Shown: positions 56,073 through 64,000 of the stretch, in pieces
How positions within the stretch are numbered: position 1 is the stretch's first letter
Layout: every line of letters starts with the position of its first letter
Assembly: GCA_042408215.1 (NCBI GenBank)
Contig: JAYFMW010000003.1
Coordinates: forward strand, 96,001 to 160,000
Reading direction: 5' to 3'
DNA: 64,000 nucleotides
DNA from: Microcoleus sp.
Lineage (GTDB): Bacteria; Cyanobacteriota; Cyanobacteriia; Cyanobacteriales; Microcoleaceae
Position numbers and translations under genes: made by a program
Notes under the pieces: generated by a model
Seen by the model: only the letters and a program-made list of their open reading frames with translations
What the model was told of the DNA's origin: nothing
The model's database searches: none

Positions 56073-57035
56073 ATGCCTAACGATCTTACTGCTGGAACCA
56101 TTCAATCCCGCATTCTTCAATACGCTTCCCTCAAACATGAGTTGAAAACAGACAGTCCTCAGCAACATAAATTAACAACTTTAAATGTTGTTCTTTCTGA
56201 CGCCGAAGGAACGGTAAAAATAGCAATCAAGGAGGAGCTTGAACCCAACAGTTTATTTCCTCCCACAGTAGATGAGACTTTTTTTGAAGTAGAAACTTCT
56301 GCTTTAGAGTCTGTACTGGTAGGGATTCCCAAAATCGATGCGATTAACTTAGACGCGAAAGGTGCTGCACCTTTAATTTTCCATGAAATGCAAAATATTC
56401 TCAAACAAAATCCTCAAATAACTATGTATATAGTTTTTAACTCTACGGATTTCGACCGCAGCGGAAGTTCTTCAAAAAACTTTATTTATGAGCTTTTAAA
56501 AAGCGGTTTTTCGCTCGCGACAATGAACAGTAGAGGAAAAGTTACAGGAATTTCAGAAGCGGAATTACTCGGCAGCGCTACAGTAAAATTAGTTTGCCGT
56601 AAAATCAGGAAATCAAGTCAACGTCAACAGTTAGTTTCGGCTATACAACAACCCGTAAATTATGATTTCTCTTCTCACCAACAAAATCACAATCAAGCAA
56701 TTGATGCAGTAGATAATACCGACATTGAGGAAATAGTTAGCCAGAACCTAACTACCCTTGAACCGACAGCATCAAACAAAGGAACAATTAAAGCTGCGAA
56801 GTTAACAGCGAATACAGACAAATTTAACCTAGCCCTTACTTTGTCAGGAATAACTCCTCAAAAAGAAACATTAAAAACTCAGGAGACCGAGTTAGAAACA
56901 CAAAAAAATGCAAGGATGCAAGAGGAGCAAGAACAGTATTTATACCAACCAGGTGTTGCCGATAAAAGTTTTGATGAGATCGTGGAAGACATCAAAAAAA
57001 GCGGATATAAAGTAGTAGCTTCAGGTATAGGTTAA
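56073..57035 (+). CDS. Hypothetical protein with degenerate FkbM-methyltransferase-like segment
   Basis: KIDAINLDAKGAAPLIFHEMQNIL resembles the FkbM ID.IKID.EG.E motif with the acidic residues lost. Confidence 0.55.
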   Translation: MPNDLTAGTIQSRILQYASLKHELKTDSPQQHKLTTLNVVLSDAEGTVKIAIKEELEPNSLFPPTVDETFFEVETSALESVLVGIPKIDAINLDAKGAAPLIFHEMQNILKQNPQITMYIVFNSTDFDRSGSSSKNFIYELLKSGFSLATMNSRGKVTGISEAELLGSATVKLVCRKIRKSSQRQQLVSAIQQPVNYDFSSHQQNHNQAIDAVDNTDIEEIVSQNLTTLEPTASNKGTIKAAKLTANTDKFNLALTLSGITPQKETLKTQETELETQKNARMQEEQEQYLYQPGVADKSFDEIVEDIKKSGYKVVASGIG

Positions 57036-57040
57036 TAATT

Positions 57041-59434
57041 ATGAAGATTGCTATCCTTGCTCCTAGTGCTGTTCCGTTTCGGATTGGGGGTGCTGAAAAC
57101 CTCTGGTGGGGACTGCTGAACCACATAAACCAGCACACTGCACACCAAGCCGATCTAATCAAATTGCCCAGCCCTGAGAGTAATTTCGACGAACTTATCG
57201 ATAATTACTGGCATTTTTCGCAGTTGGATCTGAGCCACTTTGATTTAGTTATTTCTGGCAAATACCCGTCTTGGATGGTTCAGCATCCCAACCACATCTG
57301 CTATATGCTGCACAAGTTGCGGGGCTTGTACGACACTTATCCGGCAAGCTGGCCAGAAACATACACGACTGATAATCGGGAAATTTCTGCTTTACAGAAA
57401 TTCATGCAAAAAAACACTGGTTCCAGGGATTCGCTGAGCGAGTTTTATCAAAAAATTAATCAGCTTCGTTCTTGTCGGGAGTATTTGCCAGCCGATGCTT
57501 TCCAGTTTCCAGGCCCGCTAATCCGCGAGATAGTTCATTACTTAGATAGTATCGGATTGGCACCGAGTGCTGTCAAGAAATATGCTGCGATCGCTCGCAA
57601 TGTTGCTAACCGTAAAGATTATTTTCCTATAGGCTGCCCCGCAGAAGCTATTTATCCGCCTCCCATCCTCAAAAATCTGCGTGCAGGCAAAAGTGATTAT
57701 CTCTTTACAGCGAGTCGGCTGGAGTATGGCAGCAAGCGAATCGGTGTATTAATAGAAGCAATGAAATATGTCAAAACTGATATTCAATTTAAAATTGCCG
57801 GCACAGGCGATGAACTGAATTATCTTAAAGAACTGGCAGGAGACGATCGGAGAATTATTTTTCTAGGTTTTGTTAACGATCGCGAACTTGAAGAACTCTA
57901 TGCTGATGCTTTTGCTGTGCTTTATGTTCCCTATGATGAAGATTACGGGTTAATTACCGTAGAGGCAATGATGAGCAGCAAGCCTGTGATTACTGCTGCT
58001 GATTCAGGAGGACCGAACGAGTTTGTCCGTAATGAAGAAACGGGATATTCAGTGCCTCTCGACCCCAAAATAATTGCTGAACGTATTGATTATTTGTGCG
58101 AATATCCCGATGCAGCACAGCGGATGGGAATGGCCGGCAAGAAATTGGTTGAGGACATTACGTGGGAAAATGCTGTTGCCCGCTTGCTGGGCGAGACTGT
58201 TCGCTACACCGCGAATACAGCAGTACAAAAACGCAAGAAAATTACTGTAGCTTTGACTTATCCAATTTTCCCCCCAAGCGGCGGAGGTCAAAGTCGAGTA
58301 TTTCACCTTTATCGGCATTTGGCTAAGAAATTTGACGTTGAATTAGTCACGTTTACTGATAGTGGAGAGGCATTTCAAGGCGAAATTGCTCCCGGAGTTT
58401 GGGAAACCAGAATCCCCCAATCACCGCAGCATTTAGAAGCAGAAGCATCTATCAGGTCGAGGACAGGGGTACTGCAAATTACAGATGTAGTTATGCCTCA
58501 GCTATACCGTTTGACACCTGCTTATGTGGAAGCTCTCAGGAAAGCAGCAAGTGATTCAGATTTGATTGTGGCTTGCAATTCCTATCTTTTGCCTGCAATT
58601 CAAGAAGTATGCGATCGCCCTATTTGGTATGAAGCCCATGACGTGCAAGTGGATGTCAAGAAAAATATTTTTGCAGCTTATGAAAAAGGAGGCGAACTTT
58701 TAGAAGCTGCTCGCAAAGTTGAAAGTGAATGCTGCCAAGTCAGCGATTTAATTGTGGTATGTTGCTACAATGATGCTGTGCGGCTGAAAGAAATCTACGG
58801 CACTGACTTAAATAAGTTTGTTGAAGTTCCTAACGGAGTAGACTTAGATGCGGTTAGCTATGTTTCGCCAGCCAAGCGGATTTTTCAGAAAAAACAGCTC
58901 GGCTTGCAGGGGAGTTTTACAGCATTATTTATTGGCAGTTGGCACGCTCCGAATGTAGAGGCTGTCCGCTATATATTAAATGCCGCCGCGAGAATGCCGG
59001 AGGTTAATTTCTTAATTGTTGGGAATGTTTGTTGGGCTTTTTCTGGAGAACAGCTTCCCTTGAATGTTAGCTTTATGGGATTGGTGAATGATGAGATCAA
59101 AAATGTTGTTTTGGGAGTAGCTGACGCGGCATTGAATCCAGTGGTATCCGGGTCTGGGACTAACTTGAAGATGCTGGATTACTTGGCCGCCGGGATTCCG
59201 ATTATTACTACTCCTTTCGGAGCGAGGGGTTTGGGTCTTGAGGATGGAAAGCACTGCATTATAGCCGAAATCGAGCATTTTTATGAGGCAATCTCCAATC
59301 TAAAAGAGGAAGATATTTCCGTCACAAGCAGCAGGATTGAGAATGCTAGACAATATGTTGAACAAAAGTTTGACTGGGCAGTGATAGCTAATAATTTTCT
59401 CGAATACCTCAAACACCTGCGGATAGAAAATTAA
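57041..59434 (+). CDS. Tandem two-domain GT4 glycosyltransferase
   Basis: First GT4: GGAE, SRL...KR, EDYGLITVEAM. Second: GGGQSR, VPNGVD, GTNLKMLDYLAAG. Confidence 0.92.
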   Translation: MKIAILAPSAVPFRIGGAENLWWGLLNHINQHTAHQADLIKLPSPESNFDELIDNYWHFSQLDLSHFDLVISGKYPSWMVQHPNHICYMLHKLRGLYDTYPASWPETYTTDNREISALQKFMQKNTGSRDSLSEFYQKINQLRSCREYLPADAFQFPGPLIREIVHYLDSIGLAPSAVKKYAAIARNVANRKDYFPIGCPAEAIYPPPILKNLRAGKSDYLFTASRLEYGSKRIGVLIEAMKYVKTDIQFKIAGTGDELNYLKELAGDDRRIIFLGFVNDRELEELYADAFAVLYVPYDEDYGLITVEAMMSSKPVITAADSGGPNEFVRNEETGYSVPLDPKIIAERIDYLCEYPDAAQRMGMAGKKLVEDITWENAVARLLGETVRYTANTAVQKRKKITVALTYPIFPPSGGGQSRVFHLYRHLAKKFDVELVTFTDSGEAFQGEIAPGVWETRIPQSPQHLEAEASIRSRTGVLQITDVVMPQLYRLTPAYVEALRKAASDSDLIVACNSYLLPAIQEVCDRPIWYEAHDVQVDVKKNIFAAYEKGGELLEAARKVESECCQVSDLIVVCCYNDAVRLKEIYGTDLNKFVEVPNGVDLDAVSYVSPAKRIFQKKQLGLQGSFTALFIGSWHAPNVEAVRYILNAAARMPEVNFLIVGNVCWAFSGEQLPLNVSFMGLVNDEIKNVVLGVADAALNPVVSGSGTNLKMLDYLAAGIPIITTPFGARGLGLEDGKHCIIAEIEHFYEAISNLKEEDISVTSSRIENARQYVEQKFDWAVIANNFLEYLKHLRIEN

Positions 59435-59631
59435 ATCGAGGATCGGGGCTTACCTTTACATCATGGATTGCTAACAAACCTGGGGTGATTCATGGAAATA
59501 GGGAGGCTTGTGTTAGTAATGCTCAAAAATATTGGAGAGAGAGTCGATAAAACATTGTGCTGCCATTCTTCATGTCTTTGGAGTATATTGTTGATGATGA
59601 GGCGAGTACCTCTCATGCACCTAATCGTAAC

Positions 59632-59734
59632 TATAGCAATCCTAAATGAGTCGTAAAGTTTTTTACCCCACCCCAACCCTCCCCTTAGTAAGGGGAGGGA
59701 GTAAAAAATTCACAAATGATTTAGGATTGCTATA
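59632..59734. mobile_element. TA-flanked MITE-like element
   Basis: 16-bp TIR tatagcaatcctaaat / atttaggattgctata with internal ccctccccttagtaaggggaggg palindrome. Confidence 0.65.
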
Positions 59735-59849
59735 TCATTGTGATTGGAAATTCGCCTATCGGGAAGCCATGAAAATCCTAAGACAGTTACGAAAAAAGGG
59801 GGAGAGACAGTTACCTACTTCTTGAAAACTCAAGCAAGATTAATGTTAA

Positions 59850-61148
59850 TTATTTAATCTTGGACTGGGGGGAAGCAAGTTTCTGGTAGCGATCTAGTTC
59901 CATCTGCACTTGATGTGCTGTCTTCTTCCAAGCTTGAGCTTGGGATTCAAAGTAATTTGCTTGAGCTTTAAAGTAATCTTTGGAGCTATAAAATTTGTTT
60001 GTTGTCCACATATTCATAATATGTTCTAGGCGGCTTCTAACTTTTTTGCTGATCGTCTGCGGACTCAATAAAGACTTCAACTCGCTAGCTGCTCTTGCAC
60101 CTACTTCCTGGGCTTGCGGATAATTGTGAAAGACGTAGTACATGAGAGCAGCAGCGTGTTCGATATCAGCTTCCGCCCAAGTGCTCCCTCTTTTGTAAGG
60201 CCCCTGCTCTTCTACAAGCGTCACCAAATCGTATTTAACTAAAAAACTATTGCCGACATTCATAAATTCCATATTAGACGAGTAAGCCGTGGCAATTACT
60301 GGCTTGCCGTAAAACATAGCTTCAGCCATTGTCAGCCCGAAACCTTCAGCCCGATGCAGTGACACATAGCAGTCTGAATTGTAAATTAAGGCATTCACTT
60401 CTTCCTTCATCAAATGTCCCTCTATCAGGTGAACTGACGGATAGTGTGCAACTAACTCCTTAAATTTATCTCGCTGATGAGGATAGTGTTCCGAGTTAGA
60501 AAACTTTATAACCAGCAAAACATCGTTATTTGACTCGCCGAAAGCTTGGATAAATGCCTGAACTACTCCTTCGGGATTTTTTCTTTCAAAGGTGCTCAGA
60601 GAGTCAAACATAAAAAGAAAAATAAACTTATCTGTAGGCAAGCCTAAAGCTTCTTTTCCCAAAGAAGGCTGGGGCAGATCGAGGCTAGGCATGATCTTGA
60701 TCACGGGGATAGGCGATACCGCGGCGATCGCTTCTGCCGAGTGATTGCTGTAAGTCCATATCTCGTCAAAGAAATCGAAAGCAAACCGCCACTCTGGGGG
60801 AAATGTCGGCAGTTCCCAAGCCCAACATCCAATATTGTAGCGATTTTGAAAATAACTTTTACCAAAAGCATCAATAAATGTACCCAGCGACTCGGCATTC
60901 ACGTTGACCAAGTTAATTGCATAGGGGTTTTCAGCCGCAAAATCTTCCTCGTAGCTGGTATCTAAGTTCCGGTGCCACTGGACATTCAGGCTATTAACTG
61001 TGTAGGGAATCCCCGCAGCTTTGATGGATCTAATATTCGCTCTGACACCTTCCCCAAGCCCAAACTCACCTTTGACAAAACCGCCTATATTAACTCCAAA
61101 ATTAGAGTTTAATGTTTCCTTGTTCATAGCACATCTCCCGTTATTCAT
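59850..61148 (-). CDS. GT4 glycosyltransferase
   Basis: GLGEGVR, WAWEL, RKNP and HRAEGFGLTMAEAM motifs. Confidence 0.92.
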   Translation of the reverse strand: MNNGRCAMNKETLNSNFGVNIGGFVKGEFGLGEGVRANIRSIKAAGIPYTVNSLNVQWHRNLDTSYEEDFAAENPYAINLVNVNAESLGTFIDAFGKSYFQNRYNIGCWAWELPTFPPEWRFAFDFFDEIWTYSNHSAEAIAAVSPIPVIKIMPSLDLPQPSLGKEALGLPTDKFIFLFMFDSLSTFERKNPEGVVQAFIQAFGESNNDVLLVIKFSNSEHYPHQRDKFKELVAHYPSVHLIEGHLMKEEVNALIYNSDCYVSLHRAEGFGLTMAEAMFYGKPVIATAYSSNMEFMNVGNSFLVKYDLVTLVEEQGPYKRGSTWAEADIEHAAALMYYVFHNYPQAQEVGARAASELKSLLSPQTISKKVRSRLEHIMNMWTTNKFYSSKDYFKAQANYFESQAQAWKKTAHQVQMELDRYQKLASPQSKIK

Positions 61149-61220
61149 AATTTAACTCACTCACGATCGAGTGCGGTCTTGCGGTAGGCAAGTCAACAGC
61201 AGCAGCGGTTGCTTAAAATT

Positions 61221-61682
61221 CTATCTTTGCCGAGCCAGAGCTTGCTCTAGCTCCTTTTGAAGCTGGTGTGCCATCTGTCTAACAGCCAGATATTTGGATT
61301 GCAGCCAATCTTTTTCTGCCTGAACTTCCTGCATCAAAGTTTGATACCGCTTCAATTCCTCCTGAGTCTTGCTTAGTTGCTCTTGCACTCCCTGCAATTG
61401 CTCAATTTTCCCTTGCATCAATTGTACAAAAGCGTGAGATTCCTCTAACTCTTCCTCAGAAGTGTGAAGTTGAGCAGCAAGCGTTGAAACCAGGAAAATA
61501 AAGTCAGGGGACTGTTCTAATTCTTCTGCTGTTTGGATTTCTGGCTGAGATTTCTCTAATTCTCCTGCAAACAGAGGGGTAGGCTCTGCATTTAAGTTTA
61601 AGTGAAAATCGAACATATTCTTCCACTCTGTCATTTTTAGTTTCTCGCTTGCGCCAAATAGGTATTTTAATTTTTGCCTCAA
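61221..61682 (-). CDS. Coiled-coil hypothetical protein
   Basis: Q/E/L heptads similar to neighbouring genes; the start may be ATG 61634. Confidence 0.6.
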   Translation of the reverse strand: MRQKLKYLFGASEKLKMTEWKNMFDFHLNLNAEPTPLFAGELEKSQPEIQTAEELEQSPDFIFLVSTLAAQLHTSEEELEESHAFVQLMQGKIEQLQGVQEQLSKTQEELKRYQTLMQEVQAEKDWLQSKYLAVRQMAHQLQKELEQALARQR

Positions 61683-61806
61683 CTTATCAAAAAGATTTCA
61701 GCAATGTGTGAACCGGATACTAGAACCTGCCAATCGAATTTCTCTCCATACCAGAGCGAGAAAGCGGTTGATTTAGAATCAAACTTCTCAGAGACTTGCA
61801 CGACAT

Positions 61807-63999
61807 TCAAATTTTAAATGAGTTTGCCTTGGTAATGAGGCGGCGCATTAATTGTTTCCACTCTTCTGAATTCGTCAAGGCATGGCTGTCAAGCTGCCCA
61901 CCTTTCTCCGAGGAAAAAGTGCTAAAACTCTCTAACCAATTACTTACTGTTTCAGTTCGCGATAAAGACGTAAATTTCAAAGATTCCTGCAAGCACTCCC
62001 GCATTTTTTTCAAATCGCCGCTGCGATATGCATACCATCCCTCCCACACTAATAGTCTGTAATGCATTTGACCGTTTCCATTTGCCTGATTAGCAACAGC
62101 TTGTTGATATTCTGCTCGCTGCAATTCCCAGTGAATCCGCTCCCCTTGAGATTGAGACCGTTCTAATTCCCCCTGAGTTTGGTGCAGTTGAGTCGGAGAC
62201 TGTTCCAATTCCCCCTGAGTTTGGTGCAGTTGAGATTGAGACTGTTCCAATTCCCCCTGAGTTTGGTGCAGTTGAGATTGAGACTGTTCCAATTCCCCCT
62301 GAGTTTGGTGCAGTTGAGATTGAGACTGTTCCAATTCCCCCTGAGTTTGGTGCAGTTGAGATTGAGACTGTTCCAATTCCCCCTGAGTTTGGTGCAGTTG
62401 AGATTGAGACTGTTCCAATTCCCCCTGAGTTTGGTGCAGTTGAGATTGAGACTGTTCCAATTCCCCCTGAGTTTGGTGCAGTTGAGATTGAGACTGTTCC
62501 AATTCCCCCTGAGTTTGGTGCAGTTGAGATTGAGACTGTTCCAATTCCCCCTGAGTTTGGTGCAGTTGAGATTGAGACTGTTCCAATTCCCCCTGAGTTT
62601 GGTGCAGTTGAGATTGAGACTGTTCCAATTCCCCCTGAGTTTGGTGCAGTTGAGATTGAGACTGTTCCAATTCCCCCTGAGTTTGGTGCAGTTGAGATTG
62701 AGACTGTTCCAATTCCCCCTGAGTTTGGTGCAGTTGAGATTGAGACTGTTCCAATTCCCCCTGAGTTTGGTGCAGTTGCGACTGCAACTGTTCGGACTCC
62801 ATTTGAGAGGCGTGCAATTGGGACTGAGATTGCTCCAGTGCTCCCTCTAAGGTGTGCAGTTGCGACTGCAACTGTTCGGACTCCATTTGAGATGCGTGCA
62901 ATTGCGACTGAGATTGCTCCAGTGCTTCCTCTGAGGCGTGCAATTGAGACTGCAACTGTTCGGACTCCATTTGAGATGCGTGCAATTGCGACTGAGATTG
63001 CTCCAGTGCTTCCTCTGAGGCGTGCAATTGAGACTGCAACTGTTCGGACTCCATTTGAGATGCGTGCAATTGCGACTGAGATTGCTCCAGTGCTTCCTCT
63101 GAGGCGTGCAATTGAGACTGCAACTGTTCGGACTCCATTTGAGATGCGTGCAATTGCGACTGAGATTGCTCCAGTGCTTCCTCTGAGGCGTGCAATTGAG
63201 ACTGCAACTGTTCGGACTCCATTTGAATCTGTTGTAACTGCGATTGCAGTGGCTCCGGTTCCTTTTTATTCTGATACATTTCCTCGATGGATTGTTGTTT
63301 TGTCATAAAGTATTTGAGGCGATTTCGATAACTATCGAATATGGGTTTAATATCTGGACGATCGTCAAAAGTGATTTTTTGACCCTCGGCAACAACATCA
63401 GGACGATCGGGAGAGTATTTACTAAAATGGAAAAACTTCAGGGGAACTCCATTCACCCAGTAGCGACCATCTTTATATTCAAAAAAACGATTGGATAAAT
63501 CCCAATATCCCGCATTCAGACCCGGAGATCTACTGATGTAGACATTTAATCCCAAAGTAGGCAAGAAGTCAAGCCAGCGCTGGTCTACGAACATTCCTTC
63601 CTCTGGTTTCCAATAGCAAAAGTTCGCCAACCTATTTTTCCACCATTGGATAAATTGTTGCGAGTCAGGATGTCGTGATAACCCGATAAAACCGGCGTTA
63701 TAAATTCCATGTCTAGCTACATTCAGCTCTTGATTACCAATGTAGTCACTAGGAGAGTTGAGCAAGTGGGGAGTGATAATAATCGGGTGAGAATTCAGCT
63801 TGTCCCAAACCTCATCATTTAATGAGCTATAGATGTAGATATCAGAATCAAACCAACAAACTTTATCATATTCATACTTTTCAAAAACATATTCAAGTAT
63901 AACTGGTTTTAAGGAATTACATAGTTCAAACACACTGTATTGTGACAGCCTTATATTCCAATCTGGAATATCCAAATCTTCTACAAAAATTGGCGTAAA
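61807..63999 (-). CDS. GT-A fold glycosyltransferase-like protein with long repetitive coiled coil (5'-truncated by window edge)
   Basis: WFDSD (DxD), NAGF, DQRW and FFHFS motifs, then tandem QSQSQLHQTQGELE repeats; frame is open to the window end. Confidence 0.85.
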   Translation of the reverse strand, partial: FTPIFVEDLDIPDWNIRLSQYSVFELCNSLKPVILEYVFEKYEYDKVCWFDSDIYIYSSLNDEVWDKLNSHPIIITPHLLNSPSDYIGNQELNVARHGIYNAGFIGLSRHPDSQQFIQWWKNRLANFCYWKPEEGMFVDQRWLDFLPTLGLNVYISRSPGLNAGYWDLSNRFFEYKDGRYWVNGVPLKFFHFSKYSPDRPDVVAEGQKITFDDRPDIKPIFDSYRNRLKYFMTKQQSIEEMYQNKKEPEPLQSQLQQIQMESEQLQSQLHASEEALEQSQSQLHASQMESEQLQSQLHASEEALEQSQSQLHASQMESEQLQSQLHASEEALEQSQSQLHASQMESEQLQSQLHASEEALEQSQSQLHASQMESEQLQSQLHTLEGALEQSQSQLHASQMESEQLQSQLHQTQGELEQSQSQLHQTQGELEQSQSQLHQTQGELEQSQSQLHQTQGELEQSQSQLHQTQGELEQSQSQLHQTQGELEQSQSQLHQTQGELEQSQSQLHQTQGELEQSQSQLHQTQGELEQSQSQLHQTQGELEQSQSQLHQTQGELEQSQSQLHQTQGELEQSQSQLHQTQGELEQSQSQLHQTQGELEQSPTQLHQTQGELERSQSQGERIHWELQRAEYQQAVANQANGNGQMHYRLLVWEGWYAYRSGDLKKMRECLQESLKFTSLSRTETVSNWLESFSTFSSEKGGQLDSHALTNSEEWKQLMRRLITKANSFKI
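62160..63230. repeat. Intragenic tandem repeats: about 15 x 42 bp and about 5 x 84 bp
   Basis: ccccctgagtttggtgcagttgagattgagactgttccaatt recurs every 42 bp from 62169 to 62757; 84-bp units follow. Confidence 0.93.
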
Positions 64000-64000
64000 C

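Noticed and set aside
62160..63310. 42-bp repeats as CRISPR; plus-strand ORFs 62179-62850 and 62838-63308
   Set aside because: These are direct tandem repeats without spacers inside a coding gene. The plus-strand ORFs are antisense shadows.

Overview
64 kb of a filamentous cyanobacterial chromosome (Oscillatoriales, Microcoleus-like). This placement is inferred from dense HIP1 GCGATCGC sites, heptameric STRR arrays and typical cyanobacterial gene families. The backbone is housekeeping: lipB, hpf, PrxQ, pheT, mutS, cyclophilin, tldD/tldE, purA, rplY, signalling kinases, and a TPR/glycosyltransferase cluster at the right end. The top candidate for an undescribed system is a translationally coupled two-gene operon at 9175-15878 (-). 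It encodes a 1009-aa protein whose C-terminal third follows the motif order of a catalytically inactive Argonaute MID-PIWI module, and a 1224-aa SF2 helicase with possible PD-(D/E)XK nuclease motifs at its N-terminus. The architecture is reminiscent of DdmDE and pPIWI-RE; this call comes from motif reading only and needs HMM or structure confirmation. Other accessory features: an ABC-ATPase/DUF4276 pair, an orphan YhdJ-like DNA methyltransferase, and several IS200/IS605 elements (an intact tnpB with a small divergent RHH gene, a frameshifted tnpB, two short non-coding derivatives and a solo right end). There is also a 4 x 354-bp tandem amplification of the tldD promoter and 5' end, and in-frame heptamer arrays inside two histidine kinases. 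No rRNA, tRNA or CRISPR array was recognised.
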